From Tubiluchus corallicola (taxonomy: Eukaryota; Animalia; Priapulida), in NCBI GenBank assembly GCA_030141605.1, contig JAQGDQ010000786.1, positions 1 to 31,996 of the forward strand: a stretch of 31,996 nucleotides of DNA. The letters run 5' to 3'. Below are positions 22,190 through 31,996 of the stretch, one piece after another. A program made the translations under genes and the position numbers. Every line of letters starts with the position of its first letter. Position 1 is the stretch's first letter. The notes below the pieces were generated by a model. It did not search any database. It saw only the letters and a program-made list of their open reading frames with translations, and was not told where the DNA came from.

Positions 22190-22483
22190 CAGTGTTCCCT
22201 CGCTACTTCGTGGTTCGTTTATCGCAGACTCGCTGTTTTGCGGGTTTTCAAAAATATTAATGCAAAATATTTATCGCTGTATTTTCGCGGGTTTTTGCGG
22301 TACTCCGTCTAAAGTATTTTTGCACATGCGCAGTAAGTATTGTACAGTAAATGTGAAGTGAATAATCTGCTTGACATAAAACATTTTTATGAACATTTAA
22401 GTAAAGTTTTTTAAAAGGTACATATACAGTATGGGAAACGTTACTAATGGAATGGGAAAGGGTTATGTATAAGAGTGTGGGGA
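22190..22483. mobile_element. Left part of a Tc1/pogo-like non-autonomous element, cut by the gap
   Basis: TA followed by CAGTGTTCCCTCGCTACTTCGTGGTTCG and repeated ttttcgcgg-like subterminal motifs. No partner TIR is visible. Confidence 0.5.
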
Positions 22484-23399
22484 NNNNNNNNNNNNNNNNN
22501 NNNNNNNNNNNNNNNNNNNNNNNNNNNNNNNNNNNNNNNNNNNNNNNNNNNNNNNNNNNNNNNNNNNNNNNNNNNNNNNNNNNNNNNNNNNNNNNNNNNN
22601 NNNNNNNNNNNNNNNNNNNNNNNNNNNNNNNNNNNNNNNNNNNNNNNNNNNNNNNNNNNNNNNNNNNNNNNNNNNNNNNNNNNNNNNNNNNNNNNNNNNN
22701 NNNNNNNNNNNNNNNNNNNNNNNNNNNNNNNNNNNNNNNNNNNNNNNNNNNNNNNNNNNNNNNNNNNNNNNNNNNNNNNNNNNNNNNNNNNNNNNNNNNN
22801 NNNNNNNNNNNNNNNNNNNNNNNNNNNNNNNNNNNNNNNNNNNNNNNNNNNNNNNNNNNNNNNNNNNNNNNNNNNNNNNNNNNNNNNNNNNNNNNNNNNN
22901 NNNNNNNNNNNNNNNNNNNNNNNNNNNNNNNNNNNNNNNNNNNNNNNNNNNNNNNNNNNNNNNNNNNNNNNNNNNNNNNNNNNNNNNNNNNNNNNNNNNN
23001 NNNNNNNNNNNNNNNNNNNNNNNNNNNNNNNNNNNNNNNNNNNNNNNNNNNNNNNNNNNNNNNNNNNNNNNNNNNNNNNNNNNNNNNNNNNNNNNNNNNN
23101 NNNNNNNNNNNNNNNNNNNNNNNNNNNNNNNNNNNNNNNNNNNNNNNNNNNNNNNNNNNNNNNNNNNNNNNNNNNNNNNNNNNNNNNNNNNNNNNNNNNN
23201 NNNNNNNNNNNNNNNNNNNNNNNNNNNNNNNNNNNNNNNNNNNNNNNNNNNNNNNNNNNNNNNNNNNNNNNNNNNNNNNNNNNNNNNNNNNNNNNNNNNN
23301 NNNNNNNNNNNNNNNNNNNNNNNNNNNNNNNNNNNNNNNNNNNNNNNNNNNNNNNNNNNNNNNNNNNNNNNNNNNNNNNNNNNNNNNNNNNNNNNNNNN
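22484..23399. other. Assembly gap (916 N)
   Basis: Run of N. Confidence 1.
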
Positions 23400-24528
23400 G
23401 GTGTGGTGTTACAATGTGGAAGGTGTGGTGTTACAATGTGGAAGGTGTGGTGTTACAATGTGGAAGGTGTGGTGTTACAATGTGGAAGGTGTGGTGTTAC
23501 AATGTGGAAGGTGTGGTGTTACAATGTGGAAGGTGTGGTGTTACAATGTGGAAGGTGTGGTGTTACAATGTGGAAGGTGTGGTGTTACAATGTGGAAGGT
23601 GTGGTGTTACAATGTGGAAGGTGTGGTGTTACAATGTGGAAGGTGTGGTGTTACAATGTGGAAGGTGTGGTGTTACAATGTGGAAGGTGTGGTGTTACAA
23701 CGTGGAAGGTGTGGTGTTACAATGTGGAAGGTGTGGTGTTACAATGTGGAAGGTGTGGTGTTACAATGTGGAAGGTGTGGTGTTACAATGTGGAAGGTGT
23801 GGTGTTACAATGTGGAAGGTGTGGTGTTACAATGTGGAAGGTGTGGTGTTACAATGTGGAAGGTGTGGTGTTACAATGTGGAAGGTGTGGTGTTACAATG
23901 TGGAAGGTGTGGTGTTACAATGTGGAAGGTGTGGTGTTACAATGTGGAAGGTGTGGTGTTACAATGTGGCAGGTGTGGTGTTACAATGTGGAAGGTGTGG
24001 TGTTACAATGTGGAAAGTGTGGTGTTACAATGTGGAAGGTGTGGTGTTACAATGTGGAAGGTGTGGTGTTACAATGTGGAAGGTGTGGTGTTACAATGTG
24101 GAAGGTGTGGTGTTACAATGTGGAAGGTGTGGTGTTACAATGCGGAAGGTGTGGTGTTACAATGCGGAAGGTGTGGTGTTACAATGTGGAAGGTGTGGTG
24201 TTACAATGTGGAAGGTGTGGTGTTACAATGTGGAAGGTGTGGTGTTACAATGTGGAAGGTGTGGTGTTACAATGTGGAAGGTGTGGTGTTACAATGTGGA
24301 AGGTGTGGTGTTACAATGTGGAAGGTGCGGTGTTACAATGTGGAAGGTGTGGTGTTACAATGTGGAAGGTGTGGTGTTACAACGTGGAAGGTGTGGTGTT
24401 ACAACGTGGAAGGTGTGGTGTTACAATGTGGAAGGTGTGGTGTTACAATGTGGAAGGTGTGGTGTTACAACGTGGAAGGTGTGGTGTTACAACGTGGAAG
24501 GTGTGGTGTTACAACGTGGAAGGTGTGG
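23400..24528 (+). repeat. 22-bp minisatellite, about 51 near-identical copies
   Basis: Unit GGTGTGGTGTTACAATGTGGAA (ACAATG at 23411, 23433 and so on). It is stop-free in all three + frames, which creates the 393-713 aa pseudo-ORFs. Confidence 0.97.
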
Positions 24529-25201
24529 AGGCGGAGTCGCAGGGTGGTTTGCTGTCGATCCAGGGATCCAATAAGAAATTGTAGATAAAATTTGAAAAAT
24601 TAAACCATCCACTAACTAAGCAAAACTTTAAATTACTTTATCTTATCAATAACATTAAATATTGTTACAACAAAACAACTTTATTAAAACTTTTAATTTA
24701 CATTGTTGAAAATCATGCCAAATGTTGCTACAGACTGTTGACATCATCGATGATAAATTTTTACAAACACACAGCTAGTTTATAGAGGCAGAACCTAGTG
24801 GAAAATGTTGCGACAGGCTACTGCTGTCATCATCAGTGGTAAATTTTTACAAACGTACAACCAGTTTGCCTATATAAACTGGTCGCATGTTTGTAAAAAC
24901 GTTGTAACAAAGTTGTGTTGTTTCAATGATTAATAATGTGTTTGTTGGTGAGCCAGTGGTGCACACTGGGATAGCAATGCAACACCATTTTACCTGTTGG
25001 CACAAACATCTTAAATTACAAAAGAATTTGCTTTTCAAATTACATTTGCCTTTCAAACAGGTAAGCGTCAGGCAAGGTAATATAATGCATGGAAAGTTTT
25101 TCGTGAAACACTTTCAAATTTTTCTTTTCTTTGCCTTTAAACCGAAGTCAAATTATGTAACACTGCAAATTACAAAAAATGATACACCTCAATTTTAAAT
25201 A

Positions 25202-25705
25202 CCGTATTTATTCGAGTATAACGCGCACACTTGTGTAACGCGCACCCCTAATTTTCGATTAAAAATCGGTATAAAATTTTGTTTCACTTTTTCTCGGCTC
25301 AGACCAAGCATTGAAAGTGACAAACGTTGTTGAACAACTCCCGTCTCTAACATTCGTCTCTGGTACAGTGAATTCTCGGCTAGCTGCTCGATTTCTGTGG
25401 GCCAGGCACCGTCTGACAAAGTCTGCTGATGACACAAATATTATTGATTATTTCCTTAGCTATGCCTCGCCTCTGCAGTGAGTGTAGTGAGTGTTGCCCA
25501 TAGGCGTTTTGTCGGTCGAGAGATGTGGCTGCATTCAATGTTTTGCGATTGTGGGTCAGCGATATCTTCTACTAATGAGTCATAGCACAAATAATATACT
25601 GATACATCTAAGCGTGTCACCCCAGCCCTCGTTTATAACGCGCACCCAAACTTTGAGTTCTTTTTTAGGTAGAAAATTTTGCGCGTTATACTCGAATAAA
25701 TACCG
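25202..25705. mobile_element. pogo/Tc1-mariner-type MITE with TA target duplication
   Basis: TIR CCGTATTTATTCGAGTATAACGCGCA / TGCGCGTTATACTCGAATAAATACCG (1 mismatch), TA on both flanks, and subterminal TAACGCGCACC repeats. Confidence 0.9.
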
Positions 25706-25783
25706 TAATTTGAAAATGTGTCATTGAAAATCAATTTTGGCAGGTTTAGATGACTCAAATAAACCCGTAGAAATTGTGATTAC

Positions 25784-25889
25784 CCGCTGGTACAATCAGC
25801 GGACAGGATAAACTGTAAACTATTGTGACTGTAAACACAGTCAACATCCAAGCGTACTGAACTCCGAACTGAAACTCGTACATGATCAT
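25784..25889 (-). CDS. TMEM63: TMEM63 exon (pore-region helices)
   Basis: MIMYEFQFGVQYAWMLTVFTVTIVYSLSCPLIVPA(G) carries the YEFQFG..YAW and CP.IVP.G signature. Acceptor tttttcAG, donor GTAATC, phase 0 to 1. Confidence 0.95.
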
Positions 25890-26175
25890 CTGAAAAACAA
25901 GAAAACCCCCATCAAGTGAACGAATGTAAATGAAAAATACAAGCAATGAATGTAAGCTTTTGCTAAACGCAACATCTGCAACTTAATGAAATTATCAGAA
26001 AGAAAGACGAATACAGCAAAGTTTCTACAATGCTAGGTTTATCAGGTACTGTACAATGGAATTATCCAACTTTGTCATTTCAATGTGAACAATTCAGTAA
26101 AGAAATCCAAGAGAGGAAACCTTAGCTTCTATTAGAGTTAAGTGAAACATTCTGTCTGATATGTTCAGATCATAC

Positions 26176-26691
26176 CAGGGATGAGAATGACAAATTGCAA
26201 AAAACTCTGAAACAGGCCGGAGGGTTTCGGGGCCACGTAGGCCCCAATGGGTTCAAGGGAAGCCCCATGGAGCCAGCAGCAAATGCAATTTTGTGACCAT
26301 AGAGAGCCTCTAAGTGGACTAAAAATATCAATTACCTAGTTTCATGCATAATTTAAAATACCCAACTATCAAGGATAAATGATACCTAATTGTCTCAAAA
26401 ACGCCTAAGTACTGGCCGCTCCTATGCAAAAGTATAAAAAAACTGTCTGCAATTGACTCAAATAACTACGCACAATTGATTCTATATTTTTATACATAGA
26501 GATATACATGTGGTTACACTGATGTACGTGATGTAAACAAAGTGACGGCCTGCCAACTAGCGGTCAGTTTGTGAAATAATGTACTGGGTCCGTAAAAATT
26601 TTCTCAACGAATTTACGCGATTTACAAAAATGGCACTACTGGTCTTCCAAAAACTCGGAATTGCGCGTATCCGCGGAAAATTCTCATCCCT
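26176..26691. mobile_element. hAT-like MITE
   Basis: TIR CAGGGATGAGAAT / ATTCTCATCCCT, flanked by ATCATAC on both sides (7 bp of a probable 8-bp TSD, GATCATAC). Confidence 0.8.
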
Positions 26692-27015
26692 ATCATACAC
26701 ATTACAAAACACAGGAACAAAAATTCTCTTGACAAATAACTTTTTCCAAAGTCATGAGACTATAAAATTTCCATTCTTTTGCAATAGAGAAAACGTACCA
26801 GCTCACAACAACTGTATCACCTACAGACTGGAACATACCTCGCTACTGTATACCAGTAACATTATATAATACACTATAAAAGACTTTCTACAGGTAAAAA
26901 GCAAAATTTCCAATTATGAGAGTTTTGGAAGAAATTTTGACAAATTGCAAGAACGATGGTGCAGCGCTAGATGACAATGCAATACAACTAGGAAACAATA
27001 GTTGTGATGAATAAA

Positions 27016-28245
27016 GGCACGTTCACAATAGAGAGTTTTCTACTGTGCATTTTCTCTCTGACAGCAAACTCACAGGTGTGAACTGCTTTGTGAGTTACTG
27101 TCAACAGAAGTTGCTGCAAGTTACTATCTAGTGTGAATGCCTCGGCGAGTTGCTCTTGACACTTCTCGCAGTGAATGAACAAGTGAGTGTCAACTCTAGT
27201 TAACTTACGGAAAGTAAATCACAGCAAGTTACTATCTAGTGTGAATGTCTCGGCGAGTTACTCTTGACACTTCTCGCAGTGAACGAACAAGTGAGTGTCA
27301 ACTCAAGTTAACTTTAGGAAAGTAACTCACAGCAAGTTACTATCTAGTGTGAATGTCACGGCGAGTTACTCTTGACACTTCTCGCAGTGAATGAACAAGT
27401 GAGTGTCAACTCGAGTTAACTTTCGGAAAGTAACTCACAGCAAGTTACTATCTAGTGTGAATGTCTCGGCGAGTTACTCTTGACACTTCTCGCAGTGAAC
27501 GAACAAGTGAGTGTCAACTCAAGTTAACTTTCGGAAAGTAACTCACAGCAAGTTACTATCTAGTGTGAATGTCTCGGCAAGTTACTCGTGACACTTCTCG
27601 CAGTGAATGAACAAGTGAGTGTCAACTCGAGTTAACTTTCGGAAAGTAACTCACAGCAAGTTACTATCTAGTGTGAATGTCTCGGCGAGTTACTCTTGAC
27701 ACTTCTTGCAGTGAACGAACAAGTGAGTGTCAACTCGAGTTAAAATTCGGAAAGTAACTCACAGCAAGTTACTATCTAGTGTGAATGTCTTGGCAAGTTA
27801 CTCGTGACACTTCTCGCAGTGAATGAACAAGTGAGTGTCAACTCGAGTTAACTTTCGGAAAGTAACTCACAGCAAGTTACTATCTAGTGTGAATGTCTCG
27901 GCGAGTTACTCTTCACACTTCTCGCAGTGAATGAACAAGTGAGTGTCAACTCGAGTTAACGTTCGGAAAGTAACTCACAGCAAGTTACTATCTAGTGTGA
28001 ATGTCTTGGCAAGTTACTCGTGACACTTCTCGAAGTGAATGAACAAGTGAGTGTCAACTCAAGTTAACTTGCGGAAAGTAACTCACGAGTCAACTTGCGG
28101 AAAGTAACTCACGAGTCAAATTTCGCAAAGTAACTCATGAGTCAACTTTCGGAAAGTAACTCACAGCAAAATTTTTCTGCATAGGTCTGAATATGCTTGC
28201 AAGTTACTAGGCAAAAAAACTTGCAAGTTTGAAAGTGAACGCGCA
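27016..28245. mobile_element. Putative PIF/Harbinger-like non-autonomous element carrying a 108-bp tandem array
   Basis: Short TIR GGCACGTTCAC / GTGAACGCGCA enclosing the array. TSD not clear. Confidence 0.45.
27115..28170. repeat. 108-bp tandem repeat (9 copies) plus 26-bp subrepeats
   Basis: TTACTATCTAGTG recurs at 27121, 27229, 27337 ... 27985. The array ends in about 3 copies of AACTCACGAGTCAACTTGCGGAAAGT. Confidence 0.95.
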
Positions 28246-28420
28246 GTATCGTCATCACAAAGGCAGATACAAAGCAACAAGGGATCATCAGATCATCACC
28301 GGACTTATCATCACCAGATGTTTCAGTGGCGAAGGACATATACAGAAACAACAATGAAATGAGACAAAACGACGATAACTCCATTACTTATAAAACTGAA
28401 AGCAGATAAAATGAGCGTAC

Positions 28421-28583
28421 CTTTCTAACGGAAGGAAACTCTGCCGGAGACCGGGTACAGATGACCCTGCATGCGTACATGAAAAGCTCCGGAAATCGAA
28501 TGATCTCTAAACTACAGCCGATAAAAGCAGCGGTGATGACATAATTCACGAAGAATGCACCGCTGTCTGGTAGGAATAAACAC
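28421..28583 (-). CDS. TMEM63: TMEM63 exon
   Basis: (W)CLFLPDSGAFFVNYVITAAFIGCSLEIIRFPELFMYACRVICTRSPAEFPSVRK matches the C.FLPD.GAFFVNYVI..AFIG signature. Acceptor ttttttAG, donor GTACGC, phase 2 to 0. Confidence 0.95.
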
Positions 28584-28875
28584 CTAAAAAACACACCGTG
28601 ATATGATAGAGGTCACATTTTTAATCTTATAGAAATAAAAATGTCTGAAATTAATTCGTTTTTGGAATGCCGTTCCTATGGTTTCCTGGCATGGCAATTT
28701 TTGAGAGTTTTAGGACAAAAACGATTTGTGCGTAGAGCCCAGAGCCTCGCCATTTCGGCTGAGCTTCTGCCGGTTTATTTCTAGAGTCGACCTAGCCGAT
28801 AAGAAACTAAGCTTTAGTCGCACCAGCCACTCGGTGATGAGAGTCGAGTTAGCCGACGTTTTTGCTGGCTGCAAT

Positions 28876-28881
28876 TGATGG

Positions 28882-28914
<33 letters not shown>
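28876..28914. repeat. (GAT)n microsatellite
   Basis: Near-perfect GAT run. Confidence 0.9.
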
Positions 28915-29389
28915 CATCACCGGTTGAAATATGGCAAACGAATCGCAGATTCGCGGTCAGATTGTGCGTGTGCTGGCAGAAATACTAACCTTTAAAAAAT
29001 TTTGAACGAGAACACTAGCCAATTCAAAATGAAATAAACAAGTAGACACGTTAGTCACACGTATGGGGTCATTTTGGTGTTTTGGTATTGATTCACTGTA
29101 ATCAAGATAAGCCTCGCCAAGAGTTGGATTTAAATTATATTTGTAAATAAATCCATTGCATTTTTTATAATAAAAAATTGATCTCAAATGCATTATTTGA
29201 GTCTGCACATCAGCTTTTTTCTGTGTATAAGCAACATGAATCATATAAAAAATGTGTCCATAATTTAACAGTTAACTAACAATTTCTCACTATAATAATT
29301 CAGTCAACAAAAAATCGTAGCTTTAGCCGACTTAGCTGATATTTTCTTTAAGCCAACTCAGCTGAAAAGTCCGTCAACTTCAACCAGGT

Positions 29390-29620
29390 TAGCTGATTTA
29401 CCGTGTGAGTCAGCTAATGTAGTAACAACTGACTCAGCTTCAGCTGAGCTAGCTGACTGTGTGAGTCAGCTGATGTAGTAGCAACTGATTTAGCTTCAGC
29501 TGAGCTAGCTGACTGTGCGAGTCAGCTGATGTAGTAACAACTGACTCAGCTTCAACCGAGCTAGCTGATTTACTGTGCGAGTCAGCTGATGTAGTAGCAA
29601 ATGTATCAGCTTCAGCCTCT
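29390..29620. repeat. 56-60-bp tandem repeat (about 4 copies), rich in AGCT/TGAGTCA, probably the subterminal region of a DNA transposon
   Basis: GAGTCAGCT at 29407, 29463, 29519 and 29579; the array ends ...cagcctCTA. Confidence 0.75.
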
Positions 29621-29936
29621 AGTAATGTTTTATGATGTCAGCAACGAAATATTTATGGTATCAACACAAATGGTGTCTACCCCTTACAAAGTGACACCTT
29701 CCAGAAATCCTCAAACATCGAATACTGCAATACTTTGAAGGATGCTAAAATTCAAGCTCTTATGATGCTGACAATGTTTTCCAGATAGCTACACTTTGCA
29801 CTGGAACACAATACTAACACACAGAGTGGGCGGTTGCTCCAAAAATTCACTTCAGAACCCTTTCCTCCGTTTCCATGCGGCACGTTTATTTGGTTGTAGT
29901 AACTCAACAAAGAATTGCAAAGCTTATCAAACTCGA

Positions 29937-30260
29937 AGATAATGATGATGCCGATGGTGGTGGTGGTGACGACGACGACAATGTTAATGATAACGATGAC
30001 GATGATGATGATGACGACGACGATAATGCTGATGGTGGTGGCGACGAGGACGACGACAATGATGGTGATAATGATGACGATGACGATGATGATGACGATA
30101 GTGATGATGATGCGATGACGATGACAATGATGATGAAGGTAATAGTAATAACTCGTGATATTGAAAATGACAATGAGAATTATAAACAATATAATGAGGC
30201 ATGAATGACGACGTTGACGGAGATGACAATGATGATGCTGATGAACATTATGATTATACA
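29937..30260. repeat. Compound (GAT/GAC/GGT)n trinucleotide microsatellite
   Basis: Produces poly-D, poly-S, poly-H, poly-I and poly-M ORFs in different frames; lies inside a TMEM63 intron. Confidence 0.9.
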
Positions 30261-30320
30261 ATAACAATAAGTCAATAATAATAATATTTATAATAGGTTA
30301 AAATTATAAAGATAACCTAC

Positions 30321-30377
30321 CACCATCTGTACTCATCTCCTTCAGGTTGCACTGCCCATTGAAAAAATGCCTGAGCA
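30321..30377 (-). CDS. TMEM63: TMEM63 small exon
   Basis: Acceptor tttgtgcttttAG, donor GTAGGT, 57 nt, phase 2 to 2: (S)AQAFFQWAVQPEGDEYRW(W). It joins LPSLGLT to CLFLPD in frame. Not in the ORF track. Confidence 0.88.
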
Positions 30378-30456
30378 CTAAAAGCACAAACAAACAAGTA
30401 ACGTTCATTGTAAATCAATTACAAAAGAACAAATTGAATCATTACAAAATTCCTAT

Positions 30457-31098
30457 TAGGGCTGACCACTGTCTATTAAAAAACGAATTCCAATCGAATT
30501 AAACTGAATTTTGATGTTTCAAATATGAATTCCGTTTGAAAGATGTTCGGAGCTCTAATGAAAAGTAATCACACAAAGATTATGCATATTGCTTGATTTT
30601 GTTCTGCTCTAAAAACACTAATATTTTGTTTGAAAGATGTTCGAATCACCAATGAAAAGCAATCTCGCAAAGATTATGCATATTGCTTGATTTTGTTCTG
30701 CTCTAAAAACACTAATATTTTGTTTGAAAGATGTTCGAATCACTAATGAAAAGCAATCTCGCAAAGATTATGCATATTGCTTGATTTTGTTCTGCTCTAA
30801 AAACACTTATATTTTGTTTGAAAGATGTGCGAATCACCAATGAAAAGCAATCTCGCAAAGATTATGCATATTGCTTGATTTTGTTCTGCTCGTAAAACAA
30901 TTATATTTTGTTTTAAAAATTCTGCACAGAAATTGCAGATTACTAGTGCTATATTGCATGATGCTTCAAAATTTTTAATGATAAAGAACGTATGTGGTTG
31001 AAGTGCTGAATTATTTGAAACTATAATTTTAGGCTCGAATCAAATTCAAGCTAAAAAACTCAGTGAAATCAAAACCAAATATTCAAAGATGACCCATA
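30457..31098. mobile_element. Putative hAT-like MITE with an internal 94-bp tandem repeat (about 4 copies, 30536-30915)
   Basis: TAGGGCTG left end; degenerate 8-bp flanks ATTCCTAT/CTTCCCAT (6/8). CAAAGATTATGCAT at 30574, 30668, 30762 and 30856. Similar to 7758-8168. Confidence 0.55.
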
Positions 31099-31451
31099 CT
31101 TCCCATAAAAAGGCTTTGTCATTATGTAAAGTCTCAACAGTCAAAAGCTTTGCCAGAACCCAGAAATTTTACTGATTTCCGCTGTGAATGTTAAATACAC
31201 GTAGGAACATATATAGGCGGAAGTTGTCTCGGAAGTGGTGCTGACAAGCCACTGGCGTAGCAGTGTCTAGTTTTTTTTTGCTGGATTACTGCTGCGTTTA
31301 CCTGTCTGAAGGCAGATTTCTTTTATTTTAGAATTCTGCCCCACCCAATGTCTACAGTAGACGTGACGGGTGTATGATGATGATGATATGTAAAGTATAA
31401 TAAAGAAACTTTAATGTGTGCAAAAAAACATGAAATAAAAATGATAAATAC

Positions 31452-31538
31452 CTTGTGAGACCGAGAGACGGTAGAATTAAAACCATGAATAACAAAAACA
31501 CGAAAGTTTTCTTCATCTGAGCGTGATGCTGCTTTGAT
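31452..31538 (-). CDS. TMEM63: TMEM63 exon (most 5' in the window; gene continues beyond the window end)
   Basis: SKQHHAQMKKTFVFLLFMVLILPSLGLT(S) matches the TMEM63 M.K...FL.FMVL.LPSLGL.S motif. Acceptor tttacctttcAG, donor GTATTT. Confidence 0.93.
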
Positions 31539-31805
31539 CTGAAAGGTAAAGGAAGAATCTTGTAGGTTAGTAATACATGTAAAATGAAAAACACGACAAC
31601 ACTTTATGCTTGCTCTTGGTAATGGGTCATTTAGAATGCACATTAGTGTTTCCACACCTGATTTGGCTAATTAAGCGTGGGCGTAACGAGTTCGAAATCA
31701 GGGTATGTAAACTTTTGTGTACAAAGAGCCATATATTTTACAACACCCTCCCCTTGCCCCTCCCTATTCCTCCCGGTCAGGCTCCTCGTTATGAGTTAAA
31801 CATTT

Positions 31806-31987
31806 CACAACTGTCTCTCCTCCATCTCATCCTCCTCTGTCATTGGTTTACACCCATTTCTGGCTTCATGAGACAGACATTTCACAACTGTCTCTCCTCC
31901 ATCTCATCCTCCTCTGTCACAACTGTCTCTCCTCCATCTCATCCTCCTCTGTCACAACTGTCTCTCCTCCATCTCATCCTCCTCTGT
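31806..31987. repeat. 35-bp pyrimidine-rich tandem repeat (4 copies)
   Basis: CACAACTGTCTCTCCTCCATCTCATCCTCCTCTGT at 31806, 31883, 31918 and 31953. Confidence 0.85.
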
Positions 31988-31996
31988 AATAATCTA

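Noticed and set aside
22447-24588. 393-713-aa Cys-rich repeat ORFs
   Set aside because: Artefacts of the N-run plus a stop-free 22-bp repeat; all three frames give the same peptide.
29752-30267. Poly-Asp/Ser/His/Ile ORFs
   Set aside because: Trinucleotide microsatellite in an intron; the flanking TMEM63 exons already join in frame without it.

Overview
Repeat-rich, AT-rich invertebrate-type animal genomic DNA with spliceosomal introns and one assembly gap (22484-23399); there are no prokaryotic features. Reading by hand gives three protein-coding genes, two of which the ORF track largely misses. (1) The last two coding exons of a CENP-C/Mif2 gene (+; 1159-1249 and 4798-4880), encoding the C-terminal cupin domain. 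(2) An intronless-CDS SRD5A3/DFG10-type polyprenol/polyprenal reductase (+; 11644-12603). (3) The 3' half of a TMEM63/CSC1-OSCA channel gene (-; nine exons from 31538 to 17726), with one conserved exon missing and probably inside the gap. The window also holds a decayed C2H2 zinc-finger array, CR1/L2-type LINE fragments, several MITEs, a degenerate TTAGGG tract and several satellites. The most striking feature is that about 3.3 kb of the last CENP-C intron is a 32-bp satellite (about 100 copies) amplified from the gene's own exon/intron junction. Most units read branchpoint-like TTAAT, a pyrimidine tract, then CAG|GT(AAGT/AAAT), so the intron is a tandem array of decoy 5' splice sites that also match recursive-splicing (zero-length exon) sites.
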